From assembly GCA_033762915.1 (NCBI GenBank), contig JANRLD010000047.1, positions 1 through 64,000 of the forward strand: a DNA stretch of 64,000 bases, written 5' to 3'. Origin of the DNA: Meiothermus sp. (GTDB taxonomy: Bacteria > Deinococcota > Deinococci > Deinococcales > Thermaceae). Below are positions 40,196 to 50,426 of this stretch, piece by piece. Under the pieces are notes generated by a model that saw only the letters and a program-made list of their open reading frames with translations, was not told the DNA's origin and ran no database searches. A program made the position numbers and the translations under genes. Within the stretch, counting starts at the first letter, position 1, and the number at the start of each line of letters is the position of its first letter.

Positions 40196-41182
40196 ATGGT
40201 TGCTGTGGAAGCGGATTTAACCTTGCGCCCGAGGAGCCTCGAGGAGTATGTCGGGCAGGAGAAACTGAAGAAGAAGCTGCGGGTCTACCTCGAGGCGGCC
40301 AAGAACCGCTCGGAGGCGCTGGATCACCTGCTCTTGTTCGGGCCGCCGGGGCTGGGCAAGACCACCCTGGCCCACGTGGTCGCCAACGAGCTGGGCGTGA
40401 ACGTGCGCGTAACCAGCGGCCCCGCCATCGAGAAGCCCGGCGACCTCGCCGCCATCCTCACCAACAGCCTCGAGGAGGGCGACGTTCTGTTCATAGACGA
40501 GATCCACCGCCTCTCCCGCACCGCCGAGGAGCACCTCTACCCGGCGATGGAGGATTTCAAGATCGACATCGTGATCGGGCAGGGCCCGGCGGCCCGCACC
40601 CTGCGCCTCGACCTGCCGCGCTTCACCCTGATCGGCGCGACCACCCGCCCCGGCCTGATCTCCAGCCCGCTCCGCAGCCGCTTCGGGATCATCGAGCACC
40701 TCGAGTTCTATACCGACGGTGAGCTGGCCAAAGGGGTCGAGCGCGACGCGAGGATAATGGGGCTCGACATCGCCAAGGAGGCGGCCCTCGAGATCGGGCG
40801 GCGCAGCCGGGGCACCATGCGAATCGCCAAGCGCCTGTTCCGCCGGGTGCGCGACTTCGCTGAGGTGGCGGGTGAGCAACTCGTCACCCCCGAGCGCACC
40901 ACCCACGCCCTCGACGCATTGGGCATGGACACCCTGGGCCTCGACGCCCGCGACCGCCTCATCATCCAGACCATGGTCGAGCGCTTCGCGGGCGGGCCGG
41001 TAGGCCTCGAGACCCTGGCCACCGCCCTCTCCGAGGACCCCGAGACCCTGGAAGAAGTCCACGAACCCTTCCTGATCCAGCTGGGCCTGATTAAGCGCAC
41101 GCCTCGAGGCCGCCAAGCCACCGAACGGGCGTACACGCACTTCGGCTACCCGCTGCCGGAGCAGGGCAGGCTGATGGAGTAA
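40196..41182 (+). CDS. ruvB: Holliday junction branch-migration helicase RuvB
   Basis: [39 protein letters not shown]. Confidence 0.98.
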   Translation: MVAVEADLTLRPRSLEEYVGQEKLKKKLRVYLEAAKNRSEALDHLLLFGPPGLGKTTLAHVVANELGVNVRVTSGPAIEKPGDLAAILTNSLEEGDVLFIDEIHRLSRTAEEHLYPAMEDFKIDIVIGQGPAARTLRLDLPRFTLIGATTRPGLISSPLRSRFGIIEHLEFYTDGELAKGVERDARIMGLDIAKEAALEIGRRSRGTMRIAKRLFRRVRDFAEVAGEQLVTPERTTHALDALGMDTLGLDARDRLIIQTMVERFAGGPVGLETLATALSEDPETLEEVHEPFLIQLGLIKRTPRGRQATERAYTHFGYPLPEQGRLME

Positions 41183-41265
41183 AGGGCAGCCCGCAACAAG
41201 TGCCGCCGGTTGACCTATTCCCGCCTCCCCCTAGCCCCTTCACCACCCCTGCGGTATAACAGCGC

Positions 41266-41910
41266 ATGGCGAGTTTCAGCTACCACAAGCCCAAAGACTC
41301 CCTCCCATACGCGCTCTACCTGCCCGAAGGCCGGGCCCCAAAAGGCGGGTGGCCGCTCATTGTGTTCCTGCACGGCTCGGGCGAGCGGGGCAAGGACGGC
41401 AGGAAGCAGGCCGCCGTGGGGATCGGCCCGGCCATCCTCGAGCAGCCCGGCAACTGGCCCGCGGTGGTGCTGATGCCCCAGTGTCCGGCCAAGGCGCAGT
41501 GGCGCGGGAAGCCCCTCGAGCAGGCCTACGAACTGCTGGGCCAGATCGAGCGGGAGTACCGGACCAATAAGAACCGGGTCTACCTTACCGGCCTCTCGAT
41601 GGGCGGGGCGGGAGCCTGGAGCCTGGGGGCGCTCTACCCCGAGCGCTTCGCCGCGATGGCCCCCATCTGCGGTTCGGGCGACCCCTTCACGGCCTGGTCC
41701 AGCCTGGGCCAGATGCCCATCTGGAATTTCCACGGCAGCGCCGACGAGGTGGTGCCCGCCAGCTTCTCCAGGGCGCTGGCCGACGCGATGGCCAGGGCCG
41801 GGAACAGCCGCGCCGTCTTCACTGAGTACGCCGCCGAGCGGCACGACGTGTGGGATCGGGTCTACCGCGACCCCGCCCTGATCGCCTGGCTATTCGCGCA
41901 GAAGCGATAG
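41266..41910 (+). CDS. Alpha/beta hydrolase (predicted peptidase/esterase)
   Basis: PLIVFLHGSGERG, PQCP, TGLSMGG, FHGSADEVVP, HDVW. Confidence 0.85.
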   Translation: MASFSYHKPKDSLPYALYLPEGRAPKGGWPLIVFLHGSGERGKDGRKQAAVGIGPAILEQPGNWPAVVLMPQCPAKAQWRGKPLEQAYELLGQIEREYRTNKNRVYLTGLSMGGAGAWSLGALYPERFAAMAPICGSGDPFTAWSSLGQMPIWNFHGSADEVVPASFSRALADAMARAGNSRAVFTEYAAERHDVWDRVYRDPALIAWLFAQKR

Positions 41911-42115
41911 AACAACGCGCAAAGCCCGTGCGCCGAAACTTCGGCCCCAAGGCTCCACCTAAAAACCCAGCAAGAACGCACCAAGCACCGAAGGGGTCTG
42001 TGCTGATCGCGTTTCCCTCCATTACCTCCCTCACGGCGGCAGGTAATGTACTCCCTACAGCAACAGCAAAAACCGCCCGCTTTAGCGCCGTAGGGAGTAT
42101 GCGGGGGAACCGCTG

Positions 42116-44368
42116 TCAGGCACTGCGATTCTCGCCTGGGCGACTGGAGGGCGACCCCACGCCGGCCCGCTTTCCCCGCTTCCGACGCGATTTAGGCGAG
42201 GCCTTGGCCTCGCCTACCGGCTCTTTGGGTAGACCCAGCTGCTGAAGATAGCCGGCCCGCCCGAAGGTCTGCTCGCCCAGCCGCACCACCTGAGCGTCGG
42301 CGAACTCGAACAGTATCCGCAGCATTGCCCGCAAGAACCGCTTGCCGGGCCTCCCGCTCAGCCCGAACACCCGGCCCTGTTGCTCGGCCTCGAGAAACTG
42401 CCCGCCCGGGGTCCAGAACTGCCATAGGTCGGCCTCGTGGTCGGCGAAGACCTCGAGGCCCGCCTGCCGAACCTTAAAGCGGTAGGAGAAGGGGCGGTAA
42501 AACTGCGCCGCGTACTGCCGGTACAGCGCCTCCTCGGTTGCCAGCAGATCGGCCCGGAGCCGGATCTGACCGCGCTCGGAGAGTTCGGAGTCCTCGAGCC
42601 GCTGCAACAGGGCTATGCGCTCGTCCTCGAGGTCGCGCTGCTCGGGCGGCCTCTCGGGCTCGGGGGTGAACTCGCCGTAGGGGTTAAGGCGGGTGGCAGG
42701 ACGCCCCAGCATGGCGGCCTCGGCCTCGGCGTAGCTGGGGTACTCGACCAGCACCCCGCCCTCCAGCCCCCAGAAACGGGTCGCCACCTTCTTGACCAGC
42801 ACCCGGTCGTGCGAGACGAACAGCAGGGTACCGGGGTAGTCGGTGAGGGCCCGCTCGAGGGCCTCGAGCAGTTCGAGCTCGATGTGGTTGGTGGGCTCGT
42901 CCATCACCAACAGACCGGCCCGCAGCGCGCCCAGCAGGGCCAGCCCGGCCCGTGCCCGCTCCCCGCCCGAGAAGCTCTTCGGGGGGTCGTCCCAGCGCGG
43001 CGGCCGGAACCCTACCCGCCCCAGCAGCGCGGCGGCCCTCGAGTCGCCAAAGCGTCCCCGGAATTGGGCGAACAGCGGGGCGTCCGGCGCGAGCCCGTGG
43101 TAGAGCTGGTCGAGGTAGGCCACGCTCACCCCGTTGCCCAGCACCCGCTCCCCGGCGTCGGGGAACTCCCGCGACAGCAGCAGCCGCAGCAGGGTCGTCT
43201 TCCCCGACCCGTTGGCCCCCACCAGCGCGATCCGGTCGCCCCGGAAGATGCGGAGGCTGGCGTCTTGGATGACTTCACGCCGGGTGCCAGAGGGCGGGCT
43301 GGAGGTTTGTGGCTGGTAGCCCCTGGTTTCCAGGGTTCCCTGCTCCTCGTTCCCTGTTGGCCTCCCCCGGCCCCCGACGGCGTAACCCTTCACCAGCCCC
43401 TTGGCCTCGAGGACCAGCTTCGGCGTCCCCTCGGCGGCCAGCTCGAGGCTCCACCTCCGCTCGGGGGGGAGAGGGTCGGGGGTCTGGATGCGCTCGGCGC
43501 GGGACTGGAGGGCCAAGCGCTGGTTGGCACGGCGGTCCGAGCCGGGCCTGCGCCGGTCGGGCAGCTCGTCGAGGAGCCGCCTGCGCTCCTTCTCGGCCTC
43601 GTGGCGGGCCTTCTCGACGGTGCGCTTGATGCGCTCGCGCTCCTGGAGGTAGACGTTATAGCCGCCCGCCACCCGGAACAGCCGGGCCTCCTCGAGGTGG
43701 TAGACGGTCTGAGCCACCCGTGCTACCAGCGCCCGGTCGTGGGAGATCATCGCCACCGCGCCGGGGTAGTAGAGCAGCAGTTCCTCGAGGCGCAGACGCA
43801 TCCTCAGGTCGAGGTGGGTGGTCGGCTCGTCCAGCAGCAGCACCTCGGCCCCGGAGAGGAAGGTCATGGCCAATCCCAGCCGCACCCCCTCCCCGCCCGA
43901 GAGCCCCTCCACCGGGGATTCCCACTTGTCTTGCAGCCCGAAATCGGCCAGCACCTTGGCCACCCGGCCCCGCCAGAAGGAGTACTCGTTGACCCTGGCC
44001 CAGAACTCGCCCGCCTGCTCCGGCGGGGCGGCCTCGAGTTCCCGCTCGGCCCGGTACAGCGGCGTGATCCGGTAGGCGCTCTGGTGAACCGTCACGCCCT
44101 CGAGGGGGGGGCGGAAGTCCTGAGGGAGGTAGACCACCGAGGCGCTGCGGGGGCGCTCGAGCCTCCCCCCGTCCAGGGTGTTGCGTCCGGCCAGGCACTG
44201 GAAAAGGGTGCTCTTGCCCGAGCCGTTGGCCCCGATCAGTACGGCCCGCTCGCGGGGCTCGAGCCAGAAATTGGCCCCCCGGAACAGCGCCCGCTCGCCA
44301 AAGAGTTTTTCACCTTCGGTCAAACGCAGGGCAACATCGGGGCGTTGGAGCACAGCACGAATCAGCAT
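42116..44368 (-). CDS. ABC-F family ATP-binding protein
   Basis: Two NBDs (GANGSGKS / GANGSGKT, LSGGE, LDEPT, SHDR), no TM segments; start uncertain. Confidence 0.9.
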   Translation of the reverse strand: MLIRAVLQRPDVALRLTEGEKLFGERALFRGANFWLEPRERAVLIGANGSGKSTLFQCLAGRNTLDGGRLERPRSASVVYLPQDFRPPLEGVTVHQSAYRITPLYRAERELEAAPPEQAGEFWARVNEYSFWRGRVAKVLADFGLQDKWESPVEGLSGGEGVRLGLAMTFLSGAEVLLLDEPTTHLDLRMRLRLEELLLYYPGAVAMISHDRALVARVAQTVYHLEEARLFRVAGGYNVYLQERERIKRTVEKARHEAEKERRRLLDELPDRRRPGSDRRANQRLALQSRAERIQTPDPLPPERRWSLELAAEGTPKLVLEAKGLVKGYAVGGRGRPTGNEEQGTLETRGYQPQTSSPPSGTRREVIQDASLRIFRGDRIALVGANGSGKTTLLRLLLSREFPDAGERVLGNGVSVAYLDQLYHGLAPDAPLFAQFRGRFGDSRAAALLGRVGFRPPRWDDPPKSFSGGERARAGLALLGALRAGLLVMDEPTNHIELELLEALERALTDYPGTLLFVSHDRVLVKKVATRFWGLEGGVLVEYPSYAEAEAAMLGRPATRLNPYGEFTPEPERPPEQRDLEDERIALLQRLEDSELSERGQIRLRADLLATEEALYRQYAAQFYRPFSYRFKVRQAGLEVFADHEADLWQFWTPGGQFLEAEQQGRVFGLSGRPGKRFLRAMLRILFEFADAQVVRLGEQTFGRAGYLQQLGLPKEPVGEAKASPKSRRKRGKRAGVGSPSSRPGENRSA

Positions 44369-44636
44369 AGCAGCCGGCGGCCAAGGGTGATGGGCGATGA
44401 GCGCTGGATGCACCGAAAGGCAGACCCATCAGTCCCGAACCCAGGGGGTGCCGGTGCCCTCGCCGCGGCCCAAAGAAGCGGCGTAAAGCTAAGGGCGGTG
44501 CGCCCGAGGAACCTGGGGCATCCGGAGCTCAGCCGACCGCGGCGGTTCTTGGCAATGCCCCCAACCGGCTTTCACCACTTCAGCAGTCGGGGAAAGCCGG
44601 GACAGGAAACTTTGGGGTATCCTATTAGATGAAGGG

Positions 44637-44665
44637 TTGACGAAAATAACAGTGTAAAGTATATT
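44637..44665 (+). promoter_or_regulatory. TetR gene promoter (TTGACG-17-TATATT) with palindromic operator ATAACAGTGTAAA in the spacer
   Basis: Canonical spacing; a related site TTTACGGTGTTAT lies at 45355-45367. Confidence 0.7.
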
Positions 44666-44671
44666 GACATC

Positions 44672-45331
44672 GTGAGCACGGCATCAGTAACCCGACAGGC
44701 CCGCATCAAGCAGAACAGTGCGGAGCGGCGGGAGCGGTCGCGTCAAGAGACGCGTCAGGCCATCCTCGAGGCCGCCATCGAGATGTTCGAGCGCGAGGGC
44801 TACGAGGGCTTCAGCCTGCGCCAAGTGGCCGAGTCCATCGGCTACACCCCCACCACCATCTATCTCTACTTCAAAGACAAGGACGACCTGCTCTTCGCCG
44901 TTTGCAGCCAGGGCTTTGCCGAGTTCACCCAGGCCCTCCAGACCGCCTACGACACCCACCCCGACCCCCTTGAGCGCCTCCGCGCCCTGGCTTGGGCCTA
45001 CTTCGAGTTCGGCCTCTCGCACCCCCTGCACTACCAGATGATGTTCATGCAGCGCAGCGAGTGGGTGCTCAGGGCCACCGATCTCAAGGGCGATGTGGAG
45101 GGCGCCAACTCGTTCATGATCCAGCTAAACGCCGTGGTGGAGGCGATGAAGGCCGGGAAGATACGCCTGGGAGACCCTGTGGAGCGCACCAACCTGCTAT
45201 GGGCGAGTGTCCATGGCATCGTCTCGCTGGCCCTGAGCATGCGCGGCGTGGTGCCCAAGTGGGACGAGGCCAGTGCCCGCCGGCTGCTGGAGGAATACCT
45301 CGAGGTGCTGGTGCACGGGCTGAGCCCCTAG
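44672..45331 (+). CDS. TetR/AcrR family regulator (WHG-type C-terminal domain)
   Basis: AILEAA..F..EGYEGFSLRQVA..GYTPTTIYLYFKDK; LWASVHG. Confidence 0.92.
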   Translation: MSTASVTRQARIKQNSAERRERSRQETRQAILEAAIEMFEREGYEGFSLRQVAESIGYTPTTIYLYFKDKDDLLFAVCSQGFAEFTQALQTAYDTHPDPLERLRALAWAYFEFGLSHPLHYQMMFMQRSEWVLRATDLKGDVEGANSFMIQLNAVVEAMKAGKIRLGDPVERTNLLWASVHGIVSLALSMRGVVPKWDEASARRLLEEYLEVLVHGLSP

Positions 45332-45394
45332 GCCCTCTTTTTTTTGTCAGTCAGTTTACGGTGTTATCTAAAACAGTTGTGTAAGGAGGAAGTA

Positions 45395-46348
45395 ATGGCG
45401 GAACTGCACGTGATCTTCGGAACAGGCCCCTTGGGGCACTCGGTGGCAGAAGAGCTGACCCTGCGCAGGAAACGGGTGCGGATGGTGAACCGTTCGGGCA
45501 AAACCGAGCGGCTTCCGCATGCGGTTGAACTCATCACCGGGGATGCCTACTCCCTCGAGTTTACCCGCCGCATCACCCAAGGCGCAGCCGTGGTCTACCA
45601 GTGCGCTCAACCCGAGTACGACCGCTGGGCAGAGGAATTCCCGCCCCTGCAAGCCAGCATCCTCGAGGGAGTTGCCGCCAACGGGGCCAAGCTGGTCATC
45701 GCCGACAACCTCTACATGTACGGCGACCCTAACGCTCAGACCATCCGCGAGGACTCCCCACAAAACCCCACGACCAGGAAAGGCAAGGTCCGCAAGGCCA
45801 TGGCCGACGCCGCCCTCGAGGCCCACCATCTGGGCAAGCTGCAAGTGGCCCTCTCAAGGCCCTCCAACTACTTCGGGGCCGGCTACGACGTGGCCGCAGA
45901 TATGATCTTCAGGCCGGCCCTGGCGGGAAAACCCATGCAGTGGATCGGGCGACTCGACCAGCCCCATAGTTTTAGCTATATCCCCGATGCGGGTAAGGCC
46001 ATGGCCGTTCTGGGAACCAGCGAACAGGCCTGGGGCCAGGTCTGGATTCCCCCCGTGCAGCCTGCGGTCACTCAGGCAGAGCTTGCCGCAGCCATCTGGA
46101 GGAGTGCCGGGCAGAGCGGCAGGCCAAAAATTCAGGTCATGAACCGGCTGATGGTCGGGCTGGCTGGGCTGTTCATCCCCGTCGTGCGCGAAACCTACGA
46201 GATGCTCTACGAGTTCGAAAAACCCTTTGTAGTCGATTCCTCTAAGTTCGAACGCACCTTCGGGATGACGGCCACCGCGTGGGAGGCGGCCCTCGAGCAC
46301 ACCCTGGCCCACTTCCGCGCCGGCACCCCGGTGCCGCAGGTCGCCTAA
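45395..46348 (+). CDS. NAD-dependent epimerase/dehydratase family protein
   Basis: HVIFGTGPLG, DNLYMYG, KGKVR; AGGAGG RBS. Confidence 0.87.
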   Translation: MAELHVIFGTGPLGHSVAEELTLRRKRVRMVNRSGKTERLPHAVELITGDAYSLEFTRRITQGAAVVYQCAQPEYDRWAEEFPPLQASILEGVAANGAKLVIADNLYMYGDPNAQTIREDSPQNPTTRKGKVRKAMADAALEAHHLGKLQVALSRPSNYFGAGYDVAADMIFRPALAGKPMQWIGRLDQPHSFSYIPDAGKAMAVLGTSEQAWGQVWIPPVQPAVTQAELAAAIWRSAGQSGRPKIQVMNRLMVGLAGLFIPVVRETYEMLYEFEKPFVVDSSKFERTFGMTATAWEAALEHTLAHFRAGTPVPQVA

Positions 46349-46359
46349 GGGGCTGGTGT

Positions 46360-47043
46360 ATGCGTCTACTTTCCGTTCTTTTCCTGACCGGCTTTGCACT
46401 CGCCCAAAGCATCGTCCCCCTCGAGCAGCTCTTGGAGAACGCCAAGTTCGAGGAAGCCTACCTGGCAGCCAGCAAAGTGAGGAGCGCAGCGGCGCAGGCC
46501 GTTGCCTCGAGGGCGGCCAACTTCCAGGGTGACTTTTTTGCCAGACCGGCCGATAAGGCCGCCTGGTTCGCCCGCGCCGAAAACAGCGCCAAGGAGTCGA
46601 TCCGGCTCGACCCGCAGTACGCCAGGGGTTATCTGTATCTGGCCCAGGCCCAGGGCCGCCTGAGCCAGCACCGGGGCATTCTGGAAAGCCTCAGCCTCGC
46701 CAACTCGATCCGGGACAACGCCCAAAAGGCCCTCGAGCTAGACCCCAGGCTCGACGAGGCCCGGCTGACGCTGGCCGTCTGGAATCAGGAACTGGCCTCC
46801 AGCGGCGTGGCCTGGCTGTACGGGGCCGGGGCCGATCAGGCCGTGCGCCTGATGGCAGAAATCGTGGGGCGCGACCCCAGCAACCTGGTCTTCAGGCTCG
46901 AGTACGGCAACATCCTGCTGCGCCAAGACCGGAAGGCCGAAGCCCTGCGGCAGTGGCAAGCCGGGCTGGGCATCACCCCCCAAAACGCCCTCGAGGAGAT
47001 CCTCATCCGCGAGATCCGGCAAGCCATCGCCAAGAACAACTAG
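46360..47043 (+). CDS. Secreted TPR-like protein
   Basis: Signal peptide; TPR-like helices (IRLDP, ALELDP). Confidence 0.72.
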   Translation: MRLLSVLFLTGFALAQSIVPLEQLLENAKFEEAYLAASKVRSAAAQAVASRAANFQGDFFARPADKAAWFARAENSAKESIRLDPQYARGYLYLAQAQGRLSQHRGILESLSLANSIRDNAQKALELDPRLDEARLTLAVWNQELASSGVAWLYGAGADQAVRLMAEIVGRDPSNLVFRLEYGNILLRQDRKAEALRQWQAGLGITPQNALEEILIREIRQAIAKNN

Positions 47044-47053
47044 TGGAGGGTAC

Positions 47054-47677
47054 ATGCGGAACATTCTGATCATCAACGGCCACCCCCGTAGCGACAGCCT
47101 GAGCAGCGCTCTGGCCCAGGCCTACGCCGAAGGGGCGCGAACGAGCGCCGAGGTTCGCGTCATTGACGTGTCCAGGCTCGAGTTCGCCCTCAGCTACCCC
47201 ACCCGCACCGCCTACGACAACAAGGTGGAAGGGCACCTCGAGCCTGACTTGCTCAAGGCCCAGGCCGACATCCGCTGGGCCGACCATCTGGTCTTTGTGT
47301 ATCCGCAGTGGTGGGGCGGGGTTCCGGCGCTGCTCAAAGGCTTCATCGAGCGGGTTTTCCTGCCCGGCTTCGCCTTCAAGTACCGCAAAGGCTCGCCGCT
47401 GCAAGATCAGTTGCTCAAGGGCAAGACCGCCCGACTGCTGGTTACCATGGACGCGCCGGGCTGGTACAACCGCCTGGTGTACCGCAACGCCGTGCACAAC
47501 GCCATGCTCTACCCCACCCTGCAGTTCTGCGGCATCAGGCCGGTGCGCATCAGCGAATACACCGTGGTGCGCAGCGCATCGCCCCAGACCATACAGAGGT
47601 GGCTCGAGCAGACCCGCCGCCTGGGCCAGCAGGAAGCCGGGCCGGGCCGTCAGGCGGCAGCCCGGAGGAGCGCATGA
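47054..47677 (+). CDS. NAD(P)H-dependent oxidoreductase, flavodoxin fold (MdaB/KefF-like)
   Basis: INGHP, WADHLVFVYPQWWGGVPALLKGF, LKGK. Confidence 0.9.
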   Translation: MRNILIINGHPRSDSLSSALAQAYAEGARTSAEVRVIDVSRLEFALSYPTRTAYDNKVEGHLEPDLLKAQADIRWADHLVFVYPQWWGGVPALLKGFIERVFLPGFAFKYRKGSPLQDQLLKGKTARLLVTMDAPGWYNRLVYRNAVHNAMLYPTLQFCGIRPVRISEYTVVRSASPQTIQRWLEQTRRLGQQEAGPGRQAAARRSA

Positions 47678-47879
47678 GCGACCAAAAACTCCACGCCACA
47701 GTGTGGGAGCTGGCTGGCTTGTTTCAGACTGGGGTCAAGGTGTTCGCCACGCCCAAGCTTCCGGGATTGACGGCCCTGGGGCCAGGCTCTGACCACCCAC
47801 GGCATATCGGTGTAAGGGTTCAGGGAATAGAGCTGTAACGAGCAATTCGAGACGAATGAAGGTCTTTAGGGAGGTACCC

Positions 47880-48401
47880 ATGATTCAGAAGGGAAGGTTT
47901 ACAGCCAAACACGACGGTTCGGTGGTGGTTTTCATGATCGGTATGAGGGTTAACAACTGGCTCAAGGTTCGGGAATGGTGGCCGGTAGCGACAGCGATGG
48001 GGCCGATGATCGCCTACTTGTTCAAGAACCCCCAGAGCGGGTTCTTGGGGGGCTGGGGGCCGATGTTTAGCCCGAACCTTCGCGAGATCACCCTGGTGCA
48101 ATACTGGCGCTCTGCCGAAGACCTCGAGCGCTTTGCCCGCCAAGACCCCAACATACACCCCGAGGCCTGGAAAAACTTCTTCAGGCAATCCTATAAGGGC
48201 GGGGCCGTGGGCATCTGGCACGAGACCTTTAAGGTCGAAGCCGGGGCTTTCGAGAACGTCTACGGCAACATGCCCAAGTTTGGGCTGGCGGCCGCGACCG
48301 ATTCGGTTGCGGTGAAGGGGAAGCTCGAGACCATGCGCGGCCGGCTCAACCAAGAAGCGCCGAATCCGCAGCCTCCGCTGTCGCCGCAGGCGCCGCTGTG
48401 A
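47880..48401 (+). CDS. DUF4188 family monooxygenase-like protein
   Basis: VVVFMIGMRVN, VQYWRS, VGIWHET, ENVYGNMP. Confidence 0.85.
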   Translation: MIQKGRFTAKHDGSVVVFMIGMRVNNWLKVREWWPVATAMGPMIAYLFKNPQSGFLGGWGPMFSPNLREITLVQYWRSAEDLERFARQDPNIHPEAWKNFFRQSYKGGAVGIWHETFKVEAGAFENVYGNMPKFGLAAATDSVAVKGKLETMRGRLNQEAPNPQPPLSPQAPL

Positions 48402-48459
48402 GTCCGTCGGCGGTCGCCCGCTCCGGGGCCATGTGCTGCGGCCCCGACTGCCCCCGCAC

Positions 48460-48840
48460 CATATAAGCGTGCGCCGGAGCAACTGAGTTTCGCCCGCGCA
48501 AGCCCCAACCCCGTCTTGGGCGGGTTTGCGTCCAACGCCCCCTCACCTATGCCGGCAGTCACGCGCTGGCGGAGATGCCGGGCCTCGAGAGGGCCCGGCG
48601 GCACTTTGAGCAGCTACTCGTCGCGTTTCCCCGGACTAACCCTACGGCCCACCTCGATCTAGGTTTGGGGCTGGCCCTGGAATACACTGGTGGTGACCCA
48701 GTTTGAGGTGTCCGCCCGGCTCCCCGAGCTGGCTTACCGCAACGCGGGGGTCCAGATCGTAGGGCTGCGCTGGGGCCAGACCCTCGAAGACCGCCCGCTC
48801 TAAGACACCGCCTTGCTGCAAGAGGCCCTGAATCATGGTG
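48460..48840 (+). pseudogene. Degraded SnoaL/NTF2-like gene
   Basis: Reconstructed TYAGSHALA...RRHFEQL..F(fs)PGL..PTSI*VWGWPWNT...YRNAG...LRWG...EDRPL*DT; in-frame stops at 48660 and 48801. Confidence 0.65.
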
Positions 48841-48886
48841 GCTCGAGGTCTCGAGGAAGCCAAGGCCGGCCCTCTGAGGTAACCCT

Positions 48887-49621
48887 TTGCAAACACTTTC
48901 CCCCTCCCTCTACCGCCTCGACCTCGGGGTGGCCAACGTCTACCTGATCCGCAGCAAGAGCGCGGCCGTGCTGGTGGACGCGGGCGTTCGGCGCTCGCCG
49001 CCCCAGATCGAGCGCGGCCTTAAGCGCCTCGGTCTGGGCTGGACCGATCTCACCCACATCTTCATCACCCACGCCCACCCCGACCACGTGGGCAACTTTG
49101 CCGAGATTGCCCGGCTTTCGGGGGCCGAAGTGTGGGCACACCGCCTCGAGCTGCCCGTGCTGCGTGGCGAGCGGCCAGTGGCGATGGCGAACCCGGCCGG
49201 GCTGCGCGCGGTGGACCGCCTCCTGGGAAGCGGCATCCGGACGCTGATGCCCGGCACCCAGGCCACCGGCAAGGCCGAGCGGGCGCTCGAAGCCGACGCC
49301 CACCTCTCGCACATCCTGCCCGGCCTGCGCACCGTCCACCTGCCGGGCCACTCGCCGGGCCAGCTCGGCTTCTACCATCAGGCCGAGGGCTGGCTGGTCG
49401 GCGGGGACGTGATGATGAACCTGTTCGGTCTGACCTTCCCGATGGCCGCCTTTACCCCCGATGTACCCGCCGCCTGGCGCAGCATCCTCACCGTGGCCCG
49501 AATACAGCCCAAGATTCTGGCCCTCGGGCACGGTGCCCCCCACCGCAACCCCGACGAAGCCCTGCGCCATATGGCGGCCAGGGCCAAGAAGGCGCTCGAG
49601 CGCCCTCGGGGCAAGCGCTGA
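48887..49621 (+). CDS. MBL-fold metallo-hydrolase
   Basis: LVDAG, THAHPDHVG, PGHSPG, GGD, GHG. Confidence 0.9.
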   Translation: MQTLSPSLYRLDLGVANVYLIRSKSAAVLVDAGVRRSPPQIERGLKRLGLGWTDLTHIFITHAHPDHVGNFAEIARLSGAEVWAHRLELPVLRGERPVAMANPAGLRAVDRLLGSGIRTLMPGTQATGKAERALEADAHLSHILPGLRTVHLPGHSPGQLGFYHQAEGWLVGGDVMMNLFGLTFPMAAFTPDVPAAWRSILTVARIQPKILALGHGAPHRNPDEALRHMAARAKKALERPRGKR

Positions 49622-49690
49622 GCAGGGCTTTGGAGTGCCAACACCCTGCCCTGCCTACCGCCTCTCCCCTTTGACCTTTTTCCCCTTCCG

Positions 49691-50407
49691 TCAAGAGACC
49701 TTATCTCCCGCCGTCTCCCAGACCTTCTTCTCGGCCTCGGCGTTGCGGCGGTGCAGCTCGAGGATCTCCTGGTTGCCTTTGATCTTGCGCTCCTCGATGG
49801 CCTTGGCGGTAGCGGTCTCGAGGTAGCTGAGGCGTTTTAGCTCGAGGGCCGTGAGGCCATCGCGGGTAGACTTGACCCCGCGCTGGCGGCGCAGCTCGAC
49901 GGAGTTCATCTTGAGCACGCTCTGGTTGGACAGCGAGCCGAGCTGGCCGTAGACCGGCCCCTGGCCGCCGTGCTTGGCAACCACCGACATCAGGTTTTTG
50001 CGGGCCTCGATGCTCTCGAGCCGGGCCGCCAGCCAGCGGCGGGTCTGGGGCTCGGGGTTGCGCTCGGCGATCTCGGCGGCGAGCTGGATGTCGCCCTCGA
50101 AGTAGCGCCCCAGCATCTCCTGGGCACGCCTGCGCCACTGCCTGGCCTCGGGCGTCTCGAGCGCGAAGGCCAGCAGCGCGATCTGCTGCCCGCGCACGGT
50201 GGGCTCCGGCCCCCCGCCGAAGTCGTAGCGGGTAACCTCGAGGTTCTGCGCCGTCAGCACCGACTCCACCGCAGCCATATCCTCGAGCCCCAGCGCCTTG
50301 AGCACGTCCAGCAGGCTGAACCGCCCATCCTTACTGACCCGCACCTGGGCGCGGGCAAAGCGGGCAGTGGTGTACCGAATCAGTTTAGGGGCTTGCATCA
50401 ACTTCAT
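49691..50407 (-). CDS. ddrC: DNA damage response protein C homolog
   Basis: Blocks DFGGGPE, LAFALETPEARQW, AAEIAERNPEP..RRWLAARLES, HGG.G.VYGQLGS.SN and GVKSTRDGLT match Deinococcus DdrC as I recall it; similar length. Confidence 0.88.
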   Translation of the reverse strand: MKLMQAPKLIRYTTARFARAQVRVSKDGRFSLLDVLKALGLEDMAAVESVLTAQNLEVTRYDFGGGPEPTVRGQQIALLAFALETPEARQWRRRAQEMLGRYFEGDIQLAAEIAERNPEPQTRRWLAARLESIEARKNLMSVVAKHGGQGPVYGQLGSLSNQSVLKMNSVELRRQRGVKSTRDGLTALELKRLSYLETATAKAIEERKIKGNQEILELHRRNAEAEKKVWETAGDKVS

Positions 50408-50426
50408 AGTAAAAGCTTAACATAAA

